Notes under the pieces: model-generated
What the model was told of the DNA's origin: nothing
The model's input: the letters and a program-made list of their open reading frames with translations, nothing else
The model's database searches: none
Position numbers and translations under genes: made by a program
NCBI GenBank assembly: GCA_018659145.1
Contig: JABJNB010000005.1
Span: 14,039-78,038, forward strand
Origin: Rickettsiales bacterium
Lineage (GTDB): Bacteria; Pseudomonadota; Alphaproteobacteria; Rickettsiales; JABIRX01
Length of the DNA: 64,000 nucleotides
Direction: 5' to 3'
Shown: one piece after another, positions 18,844 to 27,404 of the stretch
Layout: the number at the start of each line of letters is the position of its first letter
Numbering within the stretch: position 1 is the first letter of the stretch

Positions 18844-19317
18844 CTAACAAAAAACTGTTTTGCACCCTTTAAACATATTATTCCACCAAACTCCACCACC
18901 TGATGACTCACTCTCGCCAAATAATTGTATACCATCATGCGACCACGGAGTTGGAACACCCTGATCAAGTGGAAAATCAATTTTAGGTCTACCAGCTCCC
19001 CAGAAATTTTGATGCGCAGGAGCTAAATCACTATCTATTGTTTTAAATGCTCTTCGATTAATTATGTGGAAACAATAAATATAACCACGGTACCATGAAT
19101 GAAAATATTCATCATCCGTTATTAGATAAGGATCCTGTTCAAACTTATAAAATGTACGCATCATACTATTTCCTCTTGATGAATGCGCAGAATCACAACC
19201 ATCACGCACACCTTTTACTGTCTGATAAGAACCTTCCTGTGGTAAATGAATCGTATAAGGACTTACTGAGCAAGAACACAAAAAATATAATAATGAAATT
19301 AATAATATCTTTCTCAT
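18844..19317 (-). CDS. lipoprotein, paralog P2 of the tandem 'DGC' family
   Basis: Signal and lipobox MRKILLISLLYFLCSC. Shared domain YQTVKGVRDGCDSA...FHSWYRGYIYC. Confidence 0.6.
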   Translation of the reverse strand: MRKILLISLLYFLCSCSVSPYTIHLPQEGSYQTVKGVRDGCDSAHSSRGNSMMRTFYKFEQDPYLITDDEYFHSWYRGYIYCFHIINRRAFKTIDSDLAPAHQNFWGAGRPKIDFPLDQGVPTPWSHDGIQLFGESESSGGGVWWNNMFKGCKTVFC

Positions 19318-19322
19318 CCTAC

Positions 19323-19958
19323 CTATAAAAACGATTTTCTATCAGGTGATACCATAATATCATAATATCTTTGACACCACCAAAATGCCGTTTGCCAACC
19401 CTTCTCGAATGCTGGATTAAAATGATCTCCTTCAATCCATTTAGCACTTTTAATAAACGTATAAACCATTTTATGATGACTTTGACCTGTAGCTGCCTTT
19501 CCAGTGATACAGCCTTCCTTCCAACCTTCACGAAAAGCATATGGACCAGGAGGAGCATCATGAAGCAGGTTATGCTTTTTTGTCCATGGCATAGATTGAA
19601 CTTGAAATGTCCAATCTGCTTTAAAAAATGACATCCTATTTCTGGATTGATAAGGAATCCATAATCCACAATAAATATAGACACTACGCCACATACTACG
19701 GTAAATCGGAGATTTATTATTCATATCAGCATTCATATACATACCTTTACCATGTAAAGCCAAAATATTTTGGTTATTTTCCTGCGACGCAGTAGCGCAT
19801 CCATCAACAAATGCAGCTTGATAATCAGGTGGTCCTGGAGGAGGCCTCAAGTCTAATAAGGCAGGTTTAGTAAAATAATCAAACATTGAGGTCGCATTAC
19901 AAGCTACTAAAGAAAATAGCAGCATAAGAGATATGAGAAATCTTTTTATATAATTCAT
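19323..19958 (-). CDS. lipoprotein, paralog P3 of the tandem 'DGC' family (two domain copies)
   Basis: From the ATG at 19958 the protein starts MNYIKRFLISLMLLFSLVAC, which is a lipobox. It has two copies of the domain: DYQAAFVDGCATA...YRSMWRSVYIYC and YAFREGWKEGCITG...FEKGWQTAFWWC. Confidence 0.6.
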   Translation of the reverse strand: MNYIKRFLISLMLLFSLVACNATSMFDYFTKPALLDLRPPPGPPDYQAAFVDGCATASQENNQNILALHGKGMYMNADMNNKSPIYRSMWRSVYIYCGLWIPYQSRNRMSFFKADWTFQVQSMPWTKKHNLLHDAPPGPYAFREGWKEGCITGKAATGQSHHKMVYTFIKSAKWIEGDHFNPAFEKGWQTAFWWCQRYYDIMVSPDRKSFL

Positions 19959-19962
19959 ATAT

Positions 19963-20286
19963 TTATGTAATATCCCAATCATATGCATAGGTACAATGCT
20001 CTTCACCATCAACAAATCCAGCAGCATAGAGCCTATTAGTAGTTAGTTTCCAACCATCATATTGAGGAGACAAACTTCGAACCGCGCCTTGTGCTACCAT
20101 AGTAAAGTTTGACTGACAACCATCAGCATATCCTTTCGTGTAATCATCATCTTGATCTGGCATACCTCTCATCATAAAATATCTAGGTTTAGACCCCCAG
20201 TTCCATGCTTTAGGATAGCTAAAAGCTTCAGTAACACAAGAGCTACAAAAAGTTGTTAATAATATTAAGATAATCGATCTATTCAT
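19963..20286 (-). CDS. lipoprotein, paralog P4 of the tandem 'DGC' family
   Basis: Signal and lipobox MNRSIILILLTTFCSSC. Divergent domain DYTKGYADGCQSN...YAAGFVDGEEHC. Confidence 0.55.
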   Translation of the reverse strand: MNRSIILILLTTFCSSCVTEAFSYPKAWNWGSKPRYFMMRGMPDQDDDYTKGYADGCQSNFTMVAQGAVRSLSPQYDGWKLTTNRLYAAGFVDGEEHCTYAYDWDIT

Positions 20287-20458
20287 AAATTCTCTAAAGT
20301 TCCAACAATTGTAGCATTATTTACTTGTGATATCAAATAATTATAATAAAGATATAGGCCCAAATAAGGGTTTTTAGATACAAATAACTTAAGTTTCTAA
20401 TAAAGCTCCTATTTTTCTATCATTTAAAACATAAAACACTAATTCAAATTATTATATC

Positions 20459-21409
20459 ATGAAGAAAATAACATTAATGTTTCCAGGTCAAGGGTCGCAA
20501 AAAATTGGTATGGGAAAGGAATTATATCAAACATTTTCTGTCGCAAAAGAAGTATTTCAAGAAATCGATAATAGCTTGGGACAAAATCTATCGCAATTGA
20601 TGTTTGATGGTGATTTTGACGAGCTAACTCAAACAGAAAATGCCCAGCCAGCGTTAATGGCCGTTTCTCTTGCCATTATGCGAGTGATTGAAGCGGAATC
20701 TAAAAAAAATTTGAATGAATTTACTAATTTTGTTTGCGGGCATTCTTTGGGAGAATATTCTGCCCTTGCTGCAGCTAAAGCTATATCAATCTCAGATTGC
20801 GCTAAGATTCTAAAAATAAGAGGAGATGCGATGGCAAATGCAGGTAAGAACTCAAATGGCGCTATGGCTGCAATTATTGGCGTGGATATAGCCACAGCCA
20901 AGAAAATTGCGAATAAAAGTGCTGAAGGTGATATTTGTGAAATTGCTAATGATAATTCAACCGGACAAGTAGTTTTAAGTGGTGATATGGCAGCTATTGA
21001 GAGAGCGCTTATAATTGCTAAAGAATTGGGAGCTAAAATAGCTATAAAATTACCAGTTAGTGGAGCCTTTCACTCTTCATTAATAAAACCTGCAGAAAGC
21101 AAGCTTAAAGATGGCTTAGACTCTATTGTCCTTCTAAAACCTGAAGTTAATTTAATTGCTAATGTAACAGCAGATATAACGAGCGACCCACTTGAAATAA
21201 AAGATCTTTTATTAAGACAATTAACATCTGTTGTCAGATGGCGCGAATCTATACAGTATTTATCTAATAATGGACATTTTAATTTAGCTGAAATTGGCTC
21301 TGGGAAAGTATTATCAGGATTAGCTAAGCGTAGTGACAGAAATTTTCAAATTAACTCGGTAGAAACCCCTAGTCAGATTAGCGAATTTATCGAACAGAAT
21401 TTGGTATAA
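20459..21409 (+). CDS. fabD: malonyl-CoA:ACP transacylase
   Basis: 316 aa. FPGQGSQKIGMG, active-site GHSLGEYSAL and VSGAFHS motifs. Confidence 0.9.
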   Translation: MKKITLMFPGQGSQKIGMGKELYQTFSVAKEVFQEIDNSLGQNLSQLMFDGDFDELTQTENAQPALMAVSLAIMRVIEAESKKNLNEFTNFVCGHSLGEYSALAAAKAISISDCAKILKIRGDAMANAGKNSNGAMAAIIGVDIATAKKIANKSAEGDICEIANDNSTGQVVLSGDMAAIERALIIAKELGAKIAIKLPVSGAFHSSLIKPAESKLKDGLDSIVLLKPEVNLIANVTADITSDPLEIKDLLLRQLTSVVRWRESIQYLSNNGHFNLAEIGSGKVLSGLAKRSDRNFQINSVETPSQISEFIEQNLV

Positions 21410-21412
21410 TTT

Positions 21413-21486
21413 GCAGGGTGGGGGTTCTCCCACCCGAAAACATACTCGCAATATGTTTAATCACGGTAGGGGAAACCTGCACCTAC
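21413..21486. repeat. family A palindromic element, copy A4
   Basis: The sequence is gcagggtgggggttctcccaccc...ggggaaacctgcacctac, 74 bp. It sits between the fabD stop and the likely real start of the downstream transporter gene. Confidence 0.65.
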
Positions 21487-21510
21487 GTAATATTAATTGA
21501 GAGTCAAAAC

Positions 21511-22410
21511 ATGACCGATAAAACAAAAGGAATGTGTTGGGCCTTACTCTCTAATATGCTAATGGGCGTGATGCTTATCTTGATTAGAATAGCATCTGAG
21601 GATTACCACCCTTTCTTCATAGTTTTTTTCCGTAATTTTTTTGCATTATTAATAATGTTAATTTGGGTAATACCTCTAGGGTACTCATCATTAAAAACTA
21701 ATCAATTACCACTATATTTCTATAGATCTCTTATCGGAGTTATAGCTATGATGTCTTGGTTCTATGGCTTGGCAAATCTAAAGATATCCTTCGCAACCGC
21801 CCTATCCTTTACCGCACCTATCTTTACAGCTATTGCGGCGGCAATATACTTAAAAGATAAAATGCATATACGTAGATGGAGCGCTGTTATTATAGGCTTT
21901 ATTGGTACTATAATTATTATCAACCCCGGACACAATAATGTTAACCATGTGATTTTTGTGGTTATTGGATCAACCATGTTGTGGGCAGTAACAGCAATCA
22001 TTATCAAAAACTTAACAAAAACAGAATCCTCAACATCTATCACTTTTTACATGGTACTGTTTATGACACCAATGTCTTTGCCGTTTGCACTCTTTTATTG
22101 GCAAGAGGTTTATATCTATGATTGGCTCATTTTGATTGCCATCGGTGCCATTTCAAATTTATCATATTTCACACTAACTAAAGCGATGAGCTCTACTGAA
22201 TTATCTAATATTCTACCTATAGATTTCACCAAACTAATCTTTGTCTCTGTCTTTGCCTGGATACTCTTTGATGAGCATCTCACAACTAATGAAATAGTTG
22301 GTTCAGCAATCATTATAAGTAGTAACATCTATATTGCATATCGTGAAAAGTTACAGAGGGCAAAAACTATAGCTTCGGACCTCGAACCCCCATGTATCAT
22401 CACTACCTAA
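21511..22410 (+). CDS. EamA/DMT-family (RhaT-like) 10-TM transporter
   Basis: It has about ten hydrophobic segments and the duplicated EamA-type architecture. I moved the start to the ATG at 21511 (MTDKTKGMCWALL) because the track's first 31 codons are read through repeat A4. Confidence 0.7.
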   Translation: MTDKTKGMCWALLSNMLMGVMLILIRIASEDYHPFFIVFFRNFFALLIMLIWVIPLGYSSLKTNQLPLYFYRSLIGVIAMMSWFYGLANLKISFATALSFTAPIFTAIAAAIYLKDKMHIRRWSAVIIGFIGTIIIINPGHNNVNHVIFVVIGSTMLWAVTAIIIKNLTKTESSTSITFYMVLFMTPMSLPFALFYWQEVYIYDWLILIAIGAISNLSYFTLTKAMSSTELSNILPIDFTKLIFVSVFAWILFDEHLTTNEIVGSAIIISSNIYIAYREKLQRAKTIASDLEPPCIITT

Positions 22411-22668
22411 AGTGATTTAATCATTGCAATAATACTGCTATTTTGACCATACAAATCATTTTCTTATTCGCAGGAATAGCCGACAATCTTGTCCGGATAT
22501 TAGCGTGATATAGATATGTGGAATGATGGGTAAGAGCGACGAACCGTTACTAACCCCGATAAACTAAGAAACATCCCATATTTCTCAAAGTTAGGGTAGT
22601 AAATAAAATTCTATTATTTATTATCAAGCTTGCTTTAAATGAAGCGTTTAAACTCTTAACAAATTCTT

Positions 22669-25449
22669 ATGTCAGAAGATCAATTAAAAAAATCAGCATA
22701 TATGTTTTCTGGTAATGCAGAATTCATAGAAGACCTATATGAAAAATATTTAAATGATCAAAATTCTGTTGATCAAGATTGGCAAGATTTTTTTAAGGAT
22801 GTAGGTGATGATATTAACTCTTTAGTTGCGGATTATACCAAAATAAAATGGGATAATAACATCGCAAATACCCATCCTTCAACTTTAACGTCCAGGGCCT
22901 CTGATACCAACATTAAAATTGCTAGCTTAATAAATAGCTATAGACGTTATGGACATTTGGCTGCTAATACAGATCCTTTAGGGTTATCTAAAAAGTTCAA
23001 ACATCCTTTGTTATTAGCCAAAACATATAATATCACGGATCAATCTGAAACTTTTGTAACAAGTAATCATCATCATTCTGCTTATAGTGGAAAAAATATT
23101 CAAAGCATCCTGAGCAAACTAGATAATGTTTACTGTTCAAATATTACATATGAATTTGACCATATAAATAATGAAGAAGAATTAAAATGGCTTTATAATA
23201 ACATTGAATCTCCACAAGAGAATTTAAACATTGTAACGAATGAAGAGAGACAATCTGCATTAGAGCAACTGCATGATGCTGTGTCTTTTGAACAAATGTT
23301 ACATAAAAAATTCCCAGGCGCTAAAAGATTTTCCGTCGAAGGTGGAGAGGCTATCATTCCATCAATAGAAGCCATAATAAAACAAAGCTTACGTAATGGT
23401 GTACTCGATGTTGAACTTGGTATGGCGCATAGAGGGCGTTTAAACGTCCTAACTAACATCATGAAGAAACCTTACTCTGAAATGATAGCTGAATTTAAAG
23501 GCGCATGCCCATTTCCAGACAATTACAAAGTAAGTGGTGATGTAAAATATCATATGGGTTACTCTTCTGACAGATTTGAAGGTAATCATAAAACTCATGT
23601 CGCGCTTGCTTACAACCCTTCTCACCTAGAAGCTGTAAATTCAGTTGTAATTGGTAAAGTTAGGGCAAAGCAAGATTTCTTTCATGATGATGATCGATCT
23701 AAAGTTATTCCAATATTAATTCATGGAGATGCCGCATTCATGGGACAAGGAACAGTAGCTGAATGTTTAAATATGGCTTATGTTGATGGTTATAATGTTG
23801 GTGGCACAATTCACCTTATCATTAACAACCAAATCGGTTTTACCGCTACTCCCTCAGAATCAAGATCAACAAAATATTGTTCAGATGTTGCCAAATTTAT
23901 CGAGAGTCCAATTATTCATGTAAACGGAAATTCTGTAGATGAAGTAATCTTTGCCTCAAAACTTGCTTATAAATATCGTCAAACATTTAAAAAAGACATA
24001 GTTCTTGATATTGTTTGCTTTAGAAAATATGGACATAATGAAGGTGATGAGCCAGCCTATACCCAGCCTATCATGTATACAATAATCAAGAAACTTAACT
24101 CCTTGGACAATATTTACGCCAAAGAATTAATTGAATCTTCTGTTATATCTGACTCTACATACGATGCTTACAAAGCAAAACAACATAAGAGATTAGAAGA
24201 AGAGTTTCAAAAGTCTGAAGACTATATCTTTGATAAAGTAAATTCCTTTTCTGACAAATGGTCCGATCTAACCACAGAATATCACGCTAAGAACTCTACT
24301 CCCAAGACTGGTATAGAGCATGATAGAGCTATAGATATTATTGACACGCTAACATCAATACCTAATAACTTTAAAATAAATACTAAGATTGCTAAACAGC
24401 AACAAGCAAAGCATGCCATTGTAAAAAGTGGGACAAATATTGATTGGGCCTTAGGTGAATCAATAGCATACGCATCATTACTACAAGATGGTTACTCCGT
24501 CAGGTTGTCTGGCCAAGATTCCGGACGTGGTACATTCTCACATAGACACTCAATTCTAGTTGATTCAGAAGATGAATCACGCTTATTGCCATTAAATAAA
24601 GTAGCGAATTTAAAAAATAAATTTGAAGTATTTAACTCTGTATTATCGGAATATTCAGTATTAGGATTTGAATATGGTTATTCACTCTCAAACCCTAATT
24701 GCTTAGCTATATGGGAAGGACAATTTGGTGATTTTGCTAATGGAGCTCAAATTATTATTGACCAATTTATAGCTTCAGGTGAGACTAAATGGCTTAGAAT
24801 GTCAGGTGTAACTCTATTATTACCTCATGGATATGAAGGGCAAGGGCCTGAACACTCATCAGCTAGGTTAGAAAGATTCTTACAATTATGTGCTGAAGAT
24901 AATATGCAAATTGTAAATACAACAACACCAGCAAACTTCTTTCATTTGCTAAGACAGCAAATGCTTCGAGATTTCCGAAAACCTTTAATTGTTATGTCAC
25001 CAAAATCACTACTTAGACATAAACTAGCTGTCTCCAACATTGAAGATTTTGAGCCAGATAAAGAATTTCTAAAATTAATTAGAGACCCTAGAAAATTAGA
25101 TAAGACCATCAAGCGTATTATTTTCTGCAGTGGCAAAATATATTATGACTTAGCAGAAGCAGCCAAGGATAATAAAAGTATTATGATTAATAGAATTGAA
25201 CAATTATACCCATTCCCAAAGAAAGCTGTAAAAGCTGTTTTGGACAAGAGTCCAAAAGCTGAAATATTATGGGTTCAAGAAGAATCTAAGAATGCTGGGG
25301 CATGGACACATATAAGAGATATATTCCTTGATAGCTTAGAAACTAATATCCGTTATGTTGGACGCATAGCATCCGCATCACCAGCCACAGGATACATGTC
25401 GGTTCATGTCAAAGAGCAAAAAGATCTTATCGAAGCTGCACTCACATAA
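22669..25449 (+). CDS. sucA: 2-oxoglutarate dehydrogenase E1 component
   Basis: 926 aa. FSGNAEFIEDLYEKYLNDQNSVDQDW, RYGHLAANTDPLG, MAHRGRLNVL, HGDAAFMGQG and LLLPHGYEGQGPEHSSARLERFLQL are all canonical SucA blocks. Confidence 0.9.
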   Translation: MSEDQLKKSAYMFSGNAEFIEDLYEKYLNDQNSVDQDWQDFFKDVGDDINSLVADYTKIKWDNNIANTHPSTLTSRASDTNIKIASLINSYRRYGHLAANTDPLGLSKKFKHPLLLAKTYNITDQSETFVTSNHHHSAYSGKNIQSILSKLDNVYCSNITYEFDHINNEEELKWLYNNIESPQENLNIVTNEERQSALEQLHDAVSFEQMLHKKFPGAKRFSVEGGEAIIPSIEAIIKQSLRNGVLDVELGMAHRGRLNVLTNIMKKPYSEMIAEFKGACPFPDNYKVSGDVKYHMGYSSDRFEGNHKTHVALAYNPSHLEAVNSVVIGKVRAKQDFFHDDDRSKVIPILIHGDAAFMGQGTVAECLNMAYVDGYNVGGTIHLIINNQIGFTATPSESRSTKYCSDVAKFIESPIIHVNGNSVDEVIFASKLAYKYRQTFKKDIVLDIVCFRKYGHNEGDEPAYTQPIMYTIIKKLNSLDNIYAKELIESSVISDSTYDAYKAKQHKRLEEEFQKSEDYIFDKVNSFSDKWSDLTTEYHAKNSTPKTGIEHDRAIDIIDTLTSIPNNFKINTKIAKQQQAKHAIVKSGTNIDWALGESIAYASLLQDGYSVRLSGQDSGRGTFSHRHSILVDSEDESRLLPLNKVANLKNKFEVFNSVLSEYSVLGFEYGYSLSNPNCLAIWEGQFGDFANGAQIIIDQFIASGETKWLRMSGVTLLLPHGYEGQGPEHSSARLERFLQLCAEDNMQIVNTTTPANFFHLLRQQMLRDFRKPLIVMSPKSLLRHKLAVSNIEDFEPDKEFLKLIRDPRKLDKTIKRIIFCSGKIYYDLAEAAKDNKSIMINRIEQLYPFPKKAVKAVLDKSPKAEILWVQEESKNAGAWTHIRDIFLDSLETNIRYVGRIASASPATGYMSVHVKEQKDLIEAALT

Positions 25450-25584
25450 TGTAGAGACGCATCATCAGGTTGCCTCGTATACAAATATTAAACACATAAT
25501 AAATATGGGTCGCATTACTCTTATAACAATGGCTTTCGGGCGATAATTATTTACCCGGCCGACGCATGATTATGCGTCTCTACA
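25450..25584. repeat. family E palindromic element, copy E1
   Basis: Termini tgtagagacgcat / atgcgtctctaca are perfect 13-bp inverted repeats. The element is 135 bp and starts at the first base after the sucA stop. Its interior (atacaaatattaaacacataat...gataattatttaccc) resembles the units at 31637..31897. Confidence 0.65.
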
Positions 25585-25843
25585 GATTTACAATAGAATC
25601 AAACTTACTTCGCAAATTGCTATTCGTATTATCATTAAATAAAATTTTTTCTAATTTGAAGATAAACTCCTCTCGACCCAAATCTGATCTAGCTAATAAA
25701 TCCTTCACTCTTTGATTTAGTTCGAACAAACTACCTTTATAACTAACCGATAATATTAATGATAATGACAAATATCTATCATCAATAGACATTCTTTGTG
25801 ATAACTTACGCGCAAGCGTAAGAAACATGATATTAGCCGACAT
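25580..25843 (-). CDS. hypothetical protein (87 aa) downstream of virB9
   Basis: The ORF starts 29 nt after the virB9 stop on the same strand and has no recognisable motif. Its stop codon lies inside repeat E1. Confidence 0.3.
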   Translation of the reverse strand: MSANIMFLTLARKLSQRMSIDDRYLSLSLILSVSYKGSLFELNQRVKDLLARSDLGREEFIFKLEKILFNDNTNSNLRSKFDSIVNL

Positions 25844-25872
25844 ATCCTCCCCCTTTTAGCCTAAAGTACAGG

Positions 25873-26631
25873 CTAATCGTGATCTGGCATTAATTCTTCA
25901 TTAAAAACACATACCGTATTAGTTCCATGGCGCAATGTATATAATGCCGATAAAGATTCAACAACTATATAATCACCAACGACTCTAAAGTTCACTAAGC
26001 CCTCATAACCTTCCGTATCAACTTGGAATATTGCAGGTAATTTCGAATTGTTTCGAGAAAATTCAAAAAACGTAAATTGTCCATCATCAAATACTTTTAC
26101 AGGAGCTATAATATCAGGACCACTAAAAGTATAATTAAAATTATATTTCTCCGGATGCTTCAAATCTGGGACATCTTGATTTTCTTCCCCTAACAACTCT
26201 ATTTGAGACTCTTTACTTGGATAGATAAATCTTGCCTCTATTATAAGACCTTCTTGATATATCGATTTTGCATGCGCAGCATCCAAATCAAAATGATATA
26301 ATCTCTTATTCGTAATTAAAGTCATATTTGTTTTAGCCCGTGTAGATTTTGGTTTCAAAAACAACCTATTGCTAGAAGTAATAATCTCCCAACCAGTAGT
26401 ATCCCCCATAGATATAGTTTTAATAGCCTCACCAACCTCAAATTTGATATGAGACTGAAATTCATAATATCCTGTATATTTATATACCGAGTCAGGCCGA
26501 TAAACATAAGATGCTATTCTAGAGTCATAAGCCATAGGCCTCGGTTCTATTTCAGCAAACGCAAAAGCATTCCAGGGGAATGCCGCTATACTAATAAATA
26601 AGTATATCCAATTTCTTAACTTCAATTTCAT
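25873..26631 (-). CDS. virB9: type IV secretion system protein VirB9 (TrbG/CagX family)
   Basis: 252 aa with a signal peptide. The N-domain is DSRIASYVYRPDSVYKY...HIKFEVGEAIKTISMGDTTGWEI...NRLFLKPKS...TNMTLITNKRLYHFDL. The C-domain is VFDDGQFTFFEF...LPAIFQVD...LVNFRV...YTLRHG. Confidence 0.75.
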   Translation of the reverse strand: MKLKLRNWIYLFISIAAFPWNAFAFAEIEPRPMAYDSRIASYVYRPDSVYKYTGYYEFQSHIKFEVGEAIKTISMGDTTGWEIITSSNRLFLKPKSTRAKTNMTLITNKRLYHFDLDAAHAKSIYQEGLIIEARFIYPSKESQIELLGEENQDVPDLKHPEKYNFNYTFSGPDIIAPVKVFDDGQFTFFEFSRNNSKLPAIFQVDTEGYEGLVNFRVVGDYIVVESLSALYTLRHGTNTVCVFNEELMPDHD

Positions 26632-27404
26632 AATTTTGTTTTATAATAATTTTTAACTACAAATTGTGGTATTGTCAGCTTTTTATTTTCTTGGTCAAAG
26701 ATAACTCCGGAGAAAACAAAATCAATATGTACTTTATATCGTTCAATTACAGGATCTTTTACTAAGGATTTCTCTTCAATCTTAATTATTGCCTCTGCTT
26801 GGTCAGGCATAAAATAAAATACATCTCCAAAATTTTTTATTTGATTCAAAAAGCTCTCATCAACTCCAAGCAAAGTAATATCACTAACTGTAAGTAATCT
26901 AGAGCCGTTTTTACCTACTCTATAAAGCAAATTTCGTGCATCATTATACTCAAATGTTTTCTGGAAGTTCTTCGAAAATGATTTTGAAGAATTATTAGCA
27001 ATTTTTTGAATTCTCTGATCTAAAGACAATATGTCTAAAGACCCTTTATAAAACTGTTCATTTAATCGTATAAAATTTTTTAATAAATATTCCAATACCG
27101 CAAAATCTGGATTTGCGTATTTATCACTCATTTGAAATAGCTGTAGTTTTTTCTCCGTACTATTATCATTAACAAGCACAACCGCTTTTTGCACAGACAA
27201 AGGATACCAATCTCTTATTTCAGTATAAAGTACAAGCAAACTCACAACCATTACCACTACAGAGACGAAATAAATATTTCGAGAATAATATGGATATAAA
27301 TACTTGTCCAAATGCCACTCTAAGCCAGATTTAAAATATGATTTATCTTCTACTGACTTTAGCAGACCCTCTTCACTTTTATACTTTGTACGATCTGAAC
27401 TCAT
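26628..27404 (-). CDS. virB8: type IV secretion system protein VirB8-like
   Basis: 258 aa. It has a cytoplasmic N-terminus with YFKSGLEWHLDK, a single TM segment IYFVSVVVMVVSLLVLY, and a periplasmic domain of about 180 aa. It overlaps virB9 by 4 nt. The call rests on architecture, motif and synteny. Confidence 0.55.
   Translation of the reverse strand: MSSDRTKYKSEEGLLKSVEDKSYFKSGLEWHLDKYLYPYYSRNIYFVSVVVMVVSLLVLYTEIRDWYPLSVQKAVVLVNDNSTEKKLQLFQMSDKYANPDFAVLEYLLKNFIRLNEQFYKGSLDILSLDQRIQKIANNSSKSFSKNFQKTFEYNDARNLLYRVGKNGSRLLTVSDITLLGVDESFLNQIKNFGDVFYFMPDQAEAIIKIEEKSLVKDPVIERYKVHIDFVFSGVIFDQENKKLTIPQFVVKNYYKTKL

Noticed and set aside
19319-19684. Alternative-frame ORFs overlapping the lipoprotein array: 19319..19684 minus, 19371..19631 plus, 19095..19328 plus, 18771..18980 minus
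   Set aside because: They overlap the four paralogous lipoprotein frames, which are mutually supported by shared signal peptides and domain motifs. The alternatives have no such support.
21418-21510. N-terminal 31 codons of the track ORF 21418..22410 (MGVLPPENILAICLITVGETCTYV...)
   Set aside because: This stretch is simply the read-through translation of repeat copy A4. A proper ATG (21511) immediately precedes the first transmembrane segment.
22411-22668. 258-bp sucA upstream region, with faint resemblance (gtggaatgatgggtaagagcgacgaacc) to family E units
   Set aside because: By eye the similarity is too weak to call a repeat copy or a structured leader. It needs computational alignment.
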